The position numbers and the translations under genes are program-made. Source: Rhizodiscina lignyota (taxonomy: Eukaryota). From it: 64,000 nucleotides of DNA. Shown here in pieces: positions 36,398 to 48,511 of the stretch; position 1 is the first letter of the stretch, and each line of letters begins with the position of its first letter. The notes beneath the pieces were generated by a model, which worked only from the letters and a program-made list of their open reading frames with translations, had not been told where the DNA came from and searched no databases. The DNA is taken from the NCBI GenBank assembly GCA_010015805.1, contig ML978125.1, positions 372,001-436,000 on the forward strand, in the 5' to 3' direction.

Positions 36398-37225
36398 GGA
36401 GGTCTCCTCTATAGACTGGGATCGTAACAGGTCGTTCTCATTATGGAGGATGTTATTAATGACTTACCCCTCCCTTTGGACTCGATCCCATTGTGTGGAA
36501 CAATTGAAAGTGGAAATCGTGAACTGATCGAGCGACGCGCCGATGTGACGTGAGTTTCGAACTTTCGATGGAAAGTGCCCGCTTACCTAATTACGATATG
36601 CATTACAGGTACAAAACTTAGTGTACCTTCCTAAAATGGTCCATTTACATTAACTATCAAGAATATAGCAACAGTAGCACGAATTCTTAAAAGGCTATCT
36701 ATCTATAATCGCACACCTATGTAAGCTACATAGATGTATTAGAGGCCCAGAATTATCTTTTTGTGAAAGCCCGAAATTTTTCCAAGTTGAAGTCTACCGC
36801 GGTCAGGCCCCTTTTGCCCGAAGTCTCCCGTCGCACGCAACTCTTACTTTTCGTAATGCAGTAGAAATTATTTACAAAGCTATAGAATTATATTTCCGCC
36901 TATTTGAAATCCCAGTATGCTATTAGAATTTTAAATTAAGGCCCTGTCGGTGATAAAAATGAACATCAAATGACGGGTTGGTCGAAGTCTTTTGCCCACT
37001 GCCAAGGCCATCCCAAAAGGGAAAATACGCTAGCTTGTCTTGGCCTTCTCCGTGGAAATATTTATATCTTCACACCATCTTTCCCACAACAAACTTCGCG
37101 CGCACTGCTTTACTTCCAATTTTCACACCCAGAAATCCAACCAGTGGCCTGTCCACTCGGCAGAATTTCTTAGCACAAATAAAACCGCGTCTCACATATC
37201 TCCAAATCCTCTCGCTCGCGCCAAG

Positions 37226-38131
37226 ATGTTCATGCTCGTTCGTTTCCCTCGAGACCAAATCCAAGCACGCAACTGACTTTATACAGGAAACATTTTCCGA
37301 TCTCATCCAGATCGACCCCAAGGACTTCTTGAAGCCCAGTCGTCTCTCCCTTGAAGATAATATTAACAGGAAGTATGCGAACAGGGTATGGTAAACATCT
37401 GCACGATCAAGTGAATTCAGACTGACACTCCGCCTTAGATCGTTCAGAAAGTTGGCCTCTGCATCGGCATGTACGATATCCTCCAAAACTCCGAGGGCCT
37501 CATTGGCCACGGAACCGGCACCGTCAACGTCAACGGTAATTGATTCCCGGTTCAATTTTTACCCGCGTTGAAGAGAGCTAATGAGTGAATGCAGTCAAGT
37601 TCCGCATGGTAGTGTTCCGTCCGTACAAAGGCGAGATCATAGAAGGAAAGATCGTGGAGTGCGATAAGAAAGGCATCAGAAGTACGCTTGAAACTATCCC
37701 TTCGCCGACGCTAAAGACCTTTACTGAGTGACTTTGAAACTAGTCGCTCTCGAGTTCTTCCAGGACATCTTCGTGCCGGGTCCAGAAATGCTCTTCGAGA
37801 AATCGAGCTAGTACGTATATTTTCCTTACTTAACTCACGATTATATGCTAAAAAGATCCCTAGCAACGAGGCCGAGGGAGCCTGGATGTGGGTCACCGAC
37901 GACGGCGCCGAGATGTTCTTCGACCCCGGCGAGTTCGTGCGCTTCCGTGTCGAGTCTGAAATCTGGCACGACAAGACGCCCGAGAGCGGCCTCTTCGATG
38001 CCGCCGCCGCCGCGAAGCAGGAGGAGGATGAGCAGAAGTCTCCGTACACAATCATTGCGTCAATGTCTATGGGTGCTCTCGGTCTGGTACGTTGGTGGGA
38101 GGATCTGGACGAAGAAATGATTGGAACTTGA
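37226..38131 (+). CDS. RPC25: DNA-directed RNA polymerase III subunit C25 (RPC8)
   Basis: Six exons give MFML|ETFSDLIQIDP..INRKYANR|IVQKVGLCIGMYDI..GLIGHGTG..KFRMVVFRPYKGEIIEGKI..LEFFQDIFVP..VRFRVESE..GALGLVRWW. Confidence 0.94.
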
Positions 38132-39543
38132 GATTACTTCTTGTTTAGGAAAAGAACGATCTTTCGGCAGGAACGATCCTTGAGCCTCCCGAATCTAGCA
38201 ATGAACTGGCGGAGGAGCGGAAGAAGGATCATCCGCGTCGTCGTAAATGTCGACGAGGCGGATTTGAGAGTGCCTGGAGCGCGATGAACGACTTCGTCTT
38301 CGTGACTGTGTAGGGTAGAGTAAGGCCGATGGCCAAGCATGGCGAAGTAGCTGCCTAAACATAAGAATATGCCATTGAATACCATTATGGAACTTAACGT
38401 CATGAATCCTACATTGCTTCAACAGTGCGCTCGCTCAGTTTACAGGTCTACATCTATTGCACATATACCAGTAGAGGATTTGGTTATGTAGAGCCCAGTT
38501 GGGGTAAGCGTACTTTTTGTTTTTGCTATATTACTGGTCTCCTAATCTACTCATTGAAGCCGCAGGAGTCCTCGAGATGGATTTGAGGAGGTGATGGAAG
38601 GCTAAAGTGAAGACGATGGTGAAGCAAGACGAAGTAATTACTTGGTTGGTTAGTGTTAATTCACAATGCTCGGATATCTTTGCGGCTGGCCCACTTCACC
38701 CTTCAGGGACAGAGAAGAAAATTGCTAGGTGTTTATCTCTATATTCCCAAGTCTCGATGATTGAATAGACTACGTATTGATTTAATTCGGAGTCTCCTGC
38801 ACTAGCTTAGCAGAGGTGTTGCAACTAAGTCCCTAAAGCATATCCCTAAATGAACACAACCGATGCTCAATTAGTACTCTAGATGTGCTTCGATAGAACT
38901 GCCTTTACAAGAATACGTACTTTTCGCGACTACTCCGCCTCGCCGAACAGAAACGCAGGAGGATATTGCTGTCGTGGGAGAAGTGCGTATTCTTGCAACG
39001 GCAACTTTACCGAAGTGGACGTAAGAGTATTGCACGAGTATCAGTAATATTTAATCCAGGATCTCATTTAAGGACTTGAGTATATAGAAATAAAGGTCTG
39101 GCAAAGGGCGTACATCAACATCTAGCAGTGGCAGAGAGACAATTGCGAACAGCTGTACAATCTCAATAAACAATGGCTGATACATATCAAATCATGCATC
39201 TAGGGATGCTCCTGTTTGTATTGAAGAGCAACAATAGTTTCGATAGCACACTTCAGGGAAATCAACTGTTTATCACTCTCAAGGCAAAATATGGGAAAAC
39301 TATTGTGAATGGAGATGTACACTATGAAAATTCCGTCACTGGCGTTACTATAGTACATAGGAAAAGTACAGAACCACACTACCGAAAGCGCCATACCTGC
39401 CGCTGATATGAGATAGGAAAGACAGAATTTTTCATCCAAATAGAGCCGACATGCTTTCGTATGATGTCTCTCGTCCCCAAAAGCGACCAATGTTTAACTA
39501 TCGCGGTATCATATCACACTGATCCAAGAAGTAGCTTCGCCCT

Positions 39544-42500
39544 TTACTTTCCGCCAAACATACCACCAACAAGTGGCAATCCAGAAGCCCCACCACCCTT
39601 CTTCTTTTCCTTCTTACCACCACCCAGCGCCTCTGAGATACTTCCCAGACCAAGGCCGCTGAGCAGCTTGTCAATACCAAGCCCGCCAAGCAAGCCATTC
39701 ACCAAGCCACCAAGACCGAGCCCGTTGAGCAACTTGCCGACGAGACCCAGCACGCCGGCCAGCAGTAACCCCACCGCGGCGATGATTTGGAAAAGCGGCT
39801 CCGTGAGCAGCCCCCAGAGCGGGTTGAGCTTCTTCTTCGCGTGCGGCATGTCTGAGATGCGCTTCTTGGCGTTGTCAATGGTCGTGACGACGGTAGACGT
39901 GAGCTCCTTGAGAAGGTCCGCAAGGCGATACTCTTCGGGCGTAGCCTCACGAGTGCCAGCACGGCCCTTGGCTTGCGACGCGATGCGACCGTCGGGATCG
40001 AGGCCGCGGAGGGCGCCGTTGCATTCTTGCAGGATGCGGCCACCCTCTTCGATGAGAGGCTTGACGTTATTGACGAGCTCTTCTTCGTCGAGCTCCTCAC
40101 GTGGGGTGCGGTCGGCAGCTTCGATGTACTATAGTGTAACGTTAGTGACATATTCGTAATGGTTTGGTAGGTTATAAACTTACGTCGGTGATCTGCTTGC
40201 ACACTGGCTGAATTCTCTCCAGAGTCTGCTGGCAGATGGCGGCCATCTTATCCGCAATCTCAGCATCTTGCTTCTTCTGTTTTTCTTCCTCAGTCTCCTC
40301 CTCAACTTCTTCCTCAACAATGTTCTCCAATAAAGTAACTTCGCCAATTCTGTTACCATCATTATCGACGACATAGCCGTTGTCATCGATCTCGAAACCA
40401 ACGCAGTGGCCGAGGTCGCCAGCGGTAAGCTTGCCGATGACGTTGCCATCTTCATCAATAACGTTACCCTCCTTGTTGACTCGGCGACCAGCCATAGGGC
40501 TGATCCTGCGTTCCTTCTCTTCAGGCTCCCATCGCTCGGCCTTGCCAATCAGGTTACCATTCTTATCGACAATGTCACCTTCCTCATCGACGGTGTGGCC
40601 GACAAGCTTCTGAATATCGCCTTCAATGACACGACCAATGACAACACCAGCAGGTGTCTGAATCGTACCATCTTTGGCAACAGTTGCGTTATCGAAGCCA
40701 GAGAATGGTCCCTCTGGTTTTGTATCGATGCCAGTAGCAAGCTCAGCGCGACCGACGACATTGCCAGCATTGTCCCAAATCTGGCCTTGGCCGTCGACCC
40801 TCTTGCCGATGAGCTGCGTGGGATCACCTTCGGCAACGCGGCCCAAGATCTGTCCATTACCATCGACAACGTTGCCAGCCTTGTTCACAGTGCAGCCAGC
40901 AAGGATGGAGAGGTCAGGAGGTGCCTCCTCCTCAGGCTCCCAGGGATCTGCGTGGCCCTTGACGTTGCCGTACTTGTCGATGATATCACCGTCCTCATCA
41001 ACAGCATTTCCGACAAGCCTCTTGACATTGCCTTCAGTAATGATACCGACAAGATTGCCATCTTCGTCTTCGACGTAGCCATCCTTGTTGACGCGGAGGC
41101 CTTCGAGACCTGCGAATGGTCCTTCAGGCTTGGTGACGCGCTCGCTCTCGGGAATGAGCTCGCAGCGGCCGACAACCTTGCCAGTGTCGCTGTGGATAAG
41201 ACCCTCGCCATCGGACTTGCGGCCAGCAAGATCCTTGAGATTGCCTTCCACCAGCCGTCCGACCGGGATGCCGTCAGCATTGACAAGGAAACCTTGCTTG
41301 TTCAAGGTAAGACCCTCGAGGATAGAAAGATCTGCAGGTTCCTCCTCCTCTTCCTCAAGAGGCTCGGCATGACCCTTGACGTTTCCATATTTATCAATGA
41401 TGTCGCCATCTTCATCGACTGAAAGCCCAATGAGACGCTTGGGGTTGCCCTCGACAATGACGCCGACGACGTTGCCGTCTTCATCGGCAACCTGTCCGCC
41501 TTGGATGACGCGAAGATCCTCAAGACCAGCGAAAGGACCCTCGGGTTTGGCCTCGCGTTCTCCCTCTGGGATGAGCTCAACGCGACCGATGACCTGACCT
41601 GTTTCATTCCAGATTTGGCCATTCTCGTCGATCTTCTTGCCAGCAAGTTCCTTCGGGTTACCCTCTACCAGGCGACCAATAGGAACACCCTCGTCGCCAA
41701 TGACGTTGCCTTGCTTGTTGAGCGTCCTTCCTGCGAGTGAAGATAGGTCAATCGGCTGCTCTTCCGGAACCTCTTCCTCTGCCTCTTCGACACGCTCGGC
41801 ATGGCCGACAACACTGCCCTTCTTATCGATGATGTCGCCATCTTCGTCGACTGCGCGACCGACAAGCTTCTTCGCGTCGCCCTCGACGACTTGGCCAACA
41901 ATGATGCCATTCTCATCCTCGACGTAGCCATCCTTGTTGACGATGAGGCCTTCCAAGCCTGCGAATGGAGCCTCTTCTTCCGGCTCTTCGATCTGGACGG
42001 TTTGTGCGCGACCGATGATGTGTCCCTTGTTGTCCCAGAACTGGCCCTCAGAGTCGGCAGTGATACCCGATTTCGAGAGCTTCTTGGCGTCACCCTCTAC
42101 GAGCTCGCCAACCACGGTGCCCTTGGCATCGATGAGCTTGCCGGCCTTGTTGACGGTGAGACCTTCGAGGATAGAAAGTGGAGGCAGCTCAACGCCTTCC
42201 TCAACAGCTTCTTCGACACCTTCAGCGCCCTCCTCGCCCTCCTCGACAGCTTCCGGAGCCTCTTCCGCTTCCTCAGCGGCTTCCTCAACCTCCTTGGGTA
42301 GAGTCTTGACTCTTCCGATGACCTTGCCATCCTTATCCAGGACCTGGCCCTTGTCGTTGACCTTCTTGCCAGCGCATTGCTCGAGTTCGCCATCAACGAG
42401 TTCGCCAATGGCCTCACCATCCTCATCAAGTATCTTTCCTTTCTTATTCACTTTCAATCCATCAAGAGTTTCAAGGCCAGGGAGGTTTGGGGGTTGGGCT

Positions 42501-44491
42501 TCGAGGCCAAGCTGGTCAACGAGATCTTTCATCGCTTGGTTCGCTGCGTCGCCGGGAACGACCTTGACACGGCCGAGAACAGTCTCTCCGTCGTTGTCGA
42601 TAACCTCTCCCTTCGCGTTGACCTTCTTGCCTGCACACTTCGCTGGGTCGCCGTCGATGAGCTCGCCAATTTCCTCGCCATCACCATCAAGGATCTTGCC
42701 CTTCTTGTTCACCTTAAGGCCGTCTAAGATCCTGAGATCAGGCGTGAAGCTCGTGGCAGCACCTTCGACTTCGGCAAGCTTCTCAGCAGCACCCTCTGCG
42801 AGCTCGACGCGGCCGAGGATATTGCCATCAGCATCAACGACCTCTCCTTGGTCATTGACAGTGAGACCCTTGACGCCTTTGATCTGGTCCATGTCGCCTT
42901 CAGCAACTTCGCCAAGGACGTTTCCAGCCTCGTCGACAATCTGGCCTTGACTGTCAACCTCCATGCCTTCGAGAGCCTCGACGCCAGGAAGCTCAGGGGT
43001 AGCGCCTTCAACGCCATCGACGGCTTCTCCGGCTTCATCGGCAACGCCGTCGGCTTGCTCGCCGACACCATCGACAGCTTCGTCAACACCATCGACGTCG
43101 ACACCATTTTCGGCAGTATCTCCTGCCGTTTCGTAGAGGCCGGCAGCGTCTGCGTGGACTTTGGCGCGGCCAATGACATTGCCCTCATCGTCAAGGAACT
43201 CGCCGTTTTCGTTCGCAGTCAAGCCCTGGAGGTCTGCTGGGTTGCCTTCGATCAGTTGACCGACTGTATCGCCATCCTCGTTGTACATCAAGCCAGTAGG
43301 GTCAACCGTAAGGCCTTCAAGGATTTCCACGCCGGGAAGGTTGCCAGCGGCATCTTCAGCTTGCCGCTGAGCCTCGTCCTTCATCTGCTCGAGTTTTTCT
43401 GGGAGGACTTCTGTACGTCCGACAAGATCGCCATCGTCGTCGAGAATTTCGCCGTCGTCGCCGATAACGTAGCCAGCGAGGTCCTCAGCGTCGCCCTCCA
43501 CGAGCCTGCCAATGACATTGCCCTCATTGTCGAGGACGTTGCCATCTTCTTGGACTTCGAGGCCCTTGAGGATCTCAATGCCGGGAATATCGATGTCGCC
43601 AGTTGCGTCCTCAGCAGCATCTTTGGCGTCGTCCACAGCACCGTCAGCGGTATCTTTAGCATCTTCCGCAGTCCCTCCGGCGGTCTCTTGGAGGTCAGCT
43701 GCGCCGTCTTCAACTGCACCCTTTGGATCTTGGGTGGCCTTGCCGGCAAGATCTTGTCCCTGGTCAGCTGCACCCTGTGCAAGATCCTTCGCGCCACTCG
43801 TGATACCACCAACTGCACCGCCTTGGCCTTCACCCTCCTCGTCGTCCTCATCGTCGTCTTCCTCTTCCTCCTCTTCCTCTTCGCCACCGATATCGCCAGC
43901 CTTTTCGGTGGCGTCATCGGCAGTGTCTTCAACTTCCTCTTCGACATCGCCAGCGGCGCCCTCGGCCGTCTCCTGTGCGCCAGCAGCCGTGTCTTCAGCT
44001 TCTTCGACAGGCTTTGGCTCAACCGATCCGAGAGGGCCACCTTCGTCGTCAGCATCGCCAGCTTCGCTGGTGTCCTTCATCTCAACGGTACTTGGCTCAG
44101 GCGCTTGCCTGCTGACCTTCCGGCCGGCGGACCTGGCTGCACCTGTTGCACTGCCTACCGAAGGCGTTTCTGTTTCTGGTTTTTGCACGGCTGGAGCCTT
44201 TGGCGTGCCGAGTTTTCGGGGCCCAGCTCTTGGTGCAGTCGATGTCCCTTGTGATGCTTGCTCACCTAGACTGGAGACGTCGCTGCTTTGGGGCTTTCTT
44301 CCCAACTTCGTGGGTGTCTTGGGCAGACCGCCTCCTGCCTTACCGGCTGCTGGTGATGGTGCCATGCTTAAGCTTGATTTCGACTCGCGGATTGTGCGAG
44401 CTGGAGTGGTGTTTTTGGAGCTTTGGGGAGATGTTCTGTTTGGTGTGGGGGGAAAGGAATAGTACTGGTATGAAGAAGGATTGCTGCTCAT
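39544..44491 (-). CDS. DUF3659-repeat ('LEA domain') protein with hydrophobic Gly/Leu C-terminus
   Basis: First ATG 44491; intron 40183-40129. Fourteen acidic units of about 60 aa (LxGLxVNKxGxxxDxxGxxxGxxxEG..GxxVDxxGxIxDxxGxxxG), then a helical domain and a GL-rich tail. Confidence 0.9.
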
Positions 44492-46340
44492 ATAATTCTC
44501 GTCATGCAAGAGAGCTCAATTGTATACGCTCTTCGATTTCAATTGATAGAGCGTGTGTAGAGAAAACTGTGATTTTTGGATGAGAATCCCAGAGCAGGGC
44601 AATTTTGAATAAATGGGATGGCAGCACTATAGCGCCAGACGATGACGTCGCCACTTTCCCAAGCTCCCTTCCTCCTTACAGGGGAGCTTAAGCTCGCGCC
44701 TCAGTTTTGGCTGGGATCCATCGAGACTTGCATGGGAAAACTTGTTTTGAAGATTGCCATTTGCTGCAGAGCGGTAACGCGAGGCCACCGTGCCACGGGT
44801 AGTGGCTGTTACCATGACATCAACGCGACTGGGGGCGACAAGGGTTCGCATGGCATTTCGCGCGATCGTCGAGCTGTGGCTTGTGGGTGGCCATCGTCGA
44901 TTTCGCACGCTGGGAGCTCCCAGCGGCCAATGACGGATGGCAAAGTTTGTCGAGCTGTGGGGCGATCTGCAGCCAGAGCGCACAATTTGTGGTGTGAGAC
45001 ATCTGTTCTGGACCTTTCCGTCTCATCTGGAGGGGTTTGAGCGGATGGACAAAGGAGTGGCGTAACTCCCTCCGTACACTGCAGGAGAGGGCATCAAATG
45101 TGCAGCCGATATATCACTCTTGAGATATGAACAACATGATTGTAAGGAGATGCTTCGTACCGTGATTGACTTGGACTTTACAAAATTTGCATCGGAGGGC
45201 CCCAGTTTGCTCGAGGGGCGCGCGTCAGCGTCTGTAGGAATGCGGAGATTTCGATTTCAGAGGGCACGTCCCCATGTCGGCTGGAAGCAAAAAGCGGCTT
45301 GACTTGACTCGTAATAGTGCATCATCGGTGGCTGCACGATGCCCTTCGATTGGAGCATGCTCGCGGAGTCATCCCCGGTCTCAGTCTGCATCAGAGCGAT
45401 GCTTTTTACACAACTTGTCTGTCTCAACTTGGCGAAGCGTGAGAAAAAGCTTTCCCAGAACAGATGCGGCCACCCAAAAAGCCTCGCATGATAGGTACCC
45501 TGCAGCGTACATCACAGTTCGTATCCCTTCATCTTGCTGAATGAGCGGCGGATTGCTCAAAGGAGGATCGATGAATTGACCTCCCCGCACCCACAGCGAC
45601 CTGAGGTCAATTGTTGACGATCATCGACGGACTGAGCTATTGAATGCTGGTAGCGACGGTTACACCATTGGCCCATGGTCGTGATAGCGTCCGTCTTTGA
45701 CGTGAGCTGCCGGGAGCTGTGGCTAGGCTCCTCATGACGTCAGTCAGGAGTGCGAAAGGGCTGTGGAACTGTGGAGCAGCTCACAAAAGTTGGAAAAAGG
45801 GACGCCGGCCAAAATTTGATGACATCGAGACCCTTCCAAAAAGCCTGCTGCATGCAAGCTGCACTGGTGGGAGATCGCTGGTGTTTGAGGGTACTTTGGT
45901 ACCCCTCGCTACCTAAAGTGCCGTGACTACATCGACCAAGGGCAACCACAATGCTCTCCTTTGTCCTTTGGCCGCCGAGCCACGTCGATTCCACGTGCTA
46001 ATACGGACTAGAAACACTATACTGATTCGCATTCTGGAACACTACAAGCGCTTACTCCGGCCATTCCCGCCGTGGTACCGGGTGGGAGTGATGGAGCCAC
46101 ACCATTGGAAATGTGATTTTGAGTGCAAGAGTACCCAAACTGGCGGCCTTCACGCATCTTCAAACATGAGTTCCACGAGGAGTCCTCCAAAATGTTGCAG
46201 TCGGCATCCTCTGCGAGTTGTGATGTCACGTCATCATGAGCTCGAGGGAAAACTGAAACAACAATGCAAAGTACGAATGCTCTTGTAATTGCCTGGCAAT
46301 AGAGCACAGCAGCTTTTTCGCCAAATACAAAATTGATAAG

Positions 46341-46498
46341 CTATCCCCCTTAGCGCTAGGGCTTTCTCGGCCTCGGTACAGAAGTACCCTGCATCACGGG
46401 GCCCCCGGCACCCAGTCCCACCCACATCTGGGTGCCCTAACCCCCCGGAATTTAGGTACTAAAACCGTGAATGCCAGGTTTAGTGCTAAGGGGGATAG
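46341..46498. mobile_element. Candidate MITE (non-autonomous DNA transposon)
   Basis: CTATCCCCCTTAGCGCTA (46341-46358) and TAGTGCTAAGGGGGATAG (46481-46498) are reverse complements at 17 of 18 positions. A TA lies just outside each TCCCCC/GGGGGA end. No ORF inside. Confidence 0.6.
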
Positions 46499-46731
46499 TA
46501 ACAACTGCTTAATCATGGGGAGAAGCATCGTCTACAGCATATCAACCAGCACAGGTTAATGTCAAGTTCAGGATACGTGCAACTTACACATTCAGCTGGA
46601 GTAAACTATGAACAGTCATGAGGGAGCAGAACTCCATGGTGCGTCCCATCTAGGGTATAAGGTAAGCGTTAGATTAATCGTTAGACTCATAGTAGTTGAA
46701 ATAGAGAGCGCTCGGCGAATTGATGCGACGT

Positions 46732-47757
46732 TCAGTCGAGATATAAGCGGTCAAGGAGACTGTATGACTTTTCTGGACCATTGAATCTACTGGACTGTGG
46801 TTGTTTTGCAGGGGACGCCGAGCGTGCGTCTCGTTGTCTGTTCGTCGACGAATCTCTCTGCATAGCTCTCTGCTTGTCGTCTGCCAATTTTGCAAGATTT
46901 TCGACAAATTTCACCCGAGCTTTCTCCTCCGACGTGCCTTTCCACACCTGTGCCAAGTCTCGTAGAGCTTGAATTCGCGTCATGGCTGCTTCGTGGCCGT
47001 CGTGATTTGGTGTTGTTCCAGCTACCAGGTCGGCGATCTCCTTCCGAAGCTTCTCAGCGTACTCTCGACCTTTTTCTTCTCGACTCTGACTATCAGCGCC
47101 AGGCTCTGGAGCAGAGACTGATATCAGTGAAGAGGTCAGGGAGAGCTCTGACGGTGGGATGGTCCATTGCATAGCTTCGCCGAAGATTTTAATTACGCTC
47201 TCCAGCCGGGCTCTCACTTGAGTCAGCGTACGTAGCTGGCTCAGATAAGGTGCCGAGGGTGTAGTGACAAGATCTTCAGAGCCGTTGAATTTGGCCTCAA
47301 TCGCGGCTTTGGCTCTTGTGCTTTCCGGGCTTTTTCGTGCGCTAGGGCTCCCGATCGCATCCACCCTGCCGGTATCTAGGCCTTGGGGTACAAATTTTGC
47401 AATGTCGTGCTCCAGCCCTTCGGTCAAGGTTTCCGACAATCCTAGAGTCTCTCCTCTGAGGACTTCGACCTGGTAAGCTAGTCGTCCGCCGCTCCGAAGA
47501 ATGTCGTCGGTCATTTGGGTAAGAATGTTCGACAAACGTGAGGTCTGAGTATTGAGCTGGGACAAGAGGTTTTGTGTCTGCGATGAAAGTTCCGAGAGAG
47601 ACACCGAATTGAGTTTTACTGCTGGATTCGCGCCTGACGATAATGCCGATGACAACCCGGGAAGAGACTCATTCAGGTACGCAGCTGGATCGAACGACGT
47701 CTGCAGGAACGGCTCAAGGAAGGGCTCGGAAACGTGGGGAGATTTTGCTTTCGCCAT
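46732..47757 (-). CDS. Coiled-coil protein, possibly a COG7-like/CATCHR tethering subunit
   Basis: Intronless, about 341 aa. N-terminal FLQTSFDPAAYLN followed by a long amphipathic helix resembles COG/GARP/exocyst subunit N-termini. Confidence 0.7.
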   Translation of the reverse strand: MAKAKSPHVSEPFLEPFLQTSFDPAAYLNESLPGLSSALSSGANPAVKLNSVSLSELSSQTQNLLSQLNTQTSRLSNILTQMTDDILRSGGRLAYQVEVLRGETLGLSETLTEGLEHDIAKFVPQGLDTGRVDAIGSPSARKSPESTRAKAAIEAKFNGSEDLVTTPSAPYLSQLRTLTQVRARLESVIKIFGEAMQWTIPPSELSLTSSLISVSAPEPGADSQSREEKGREYAEKLRKEIADLVAGTTPNHDGHEAAMTRIQALRDLAQVWKGTSEEKARVKFVENLAKLADDKQRAMQRDSSTNRQRDARSASPAKQPQSSRFNGPEKSYSLLDRLYLD

Positions 47758-48511
47758 GGCTGCGAATGTCAAGCCGTTGGTTGGGTTTTCAAGCTGTGGC
47801 AGTGAACATCAGAGTGAAGCACGCCAGGACGCGCGCTTACGTAGTGCGAACAGGGTCTGCATGTGAATGCTTATAGAATAAGCGCGCGCCTGTGCATCGC
47901 CTACCGCGGCAGCATTTTATCTACACAGGGAACGGGGCTTGGTCATATTTAGCCATGCGCAAGGCAGCCTCAGGGCAGGCGCAGTTTGCTGCCTGTACTG
48001 ACCGGCCAAGTCACACGTAGTTAAAGAATGGTAAGAAGACGTGTCAAACCACTTCATATAAAGCCTTCTCAGTGACTGTATCGCGAAAAGCTCAGACTGC
48101 CCCTCCAATCATCGTGTTGTTCGCGTTTGTTGACCAATTGACGCGCGTGGGTTGTACGACGTGAAGCACTGCACCGCCCGCATCATGGTGAATTAACACT
48201 CCAACACCAGGCTTCGGTTCTTCCCGTTCACGCCGCTGTGTCATAGCTCATCAACTGTTTATTTTCCCGCGACCATCAACTTTCTCCTCTCTTCTCTACA
48301 ACCTTCTCCCACCACCACTTCACAACACTTCTTTTAGAGTAACGCGCTGTGGCTCAGCATTGCACCACAACCTTGGTGAGGCTTTTGCATCGCGTGGGGG
48401 AGTTCCACCTTGACCGAAGTCAGCGCTTCACTGCTATACGACTGGAGAATAAAGTCATATCTCGAACACTTACCTTGAACGGTTTGGAGGCACACTCCTG
48501 TTTCAGGCAGG

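Noticed and set aside
36600..36960. AT/TpA-rich stretch with small hairpins (GGTACA..TGTACC; CTATGTA..TACATAG) between the Rsa1-like gene and RPC25
   Set aside because: Could be a bidirectional promoter or a RIP-eroded relic, but there are no TIRs, TSD or coding remnant to support a call.
38134..38403. 89-aa minus-strand ORF with a hydrophobic N-terminus
   Set aside because: Abuts the RPC25 stop within its likely 3'UTR and has no recognisable motif; insufficient support.
39461..44462. Long plus-strand ORFs (up to 468 aa) antisense to the DUF3659 gene
   Set aside because: Explained by the repetitive, biased codons of the sense gene.
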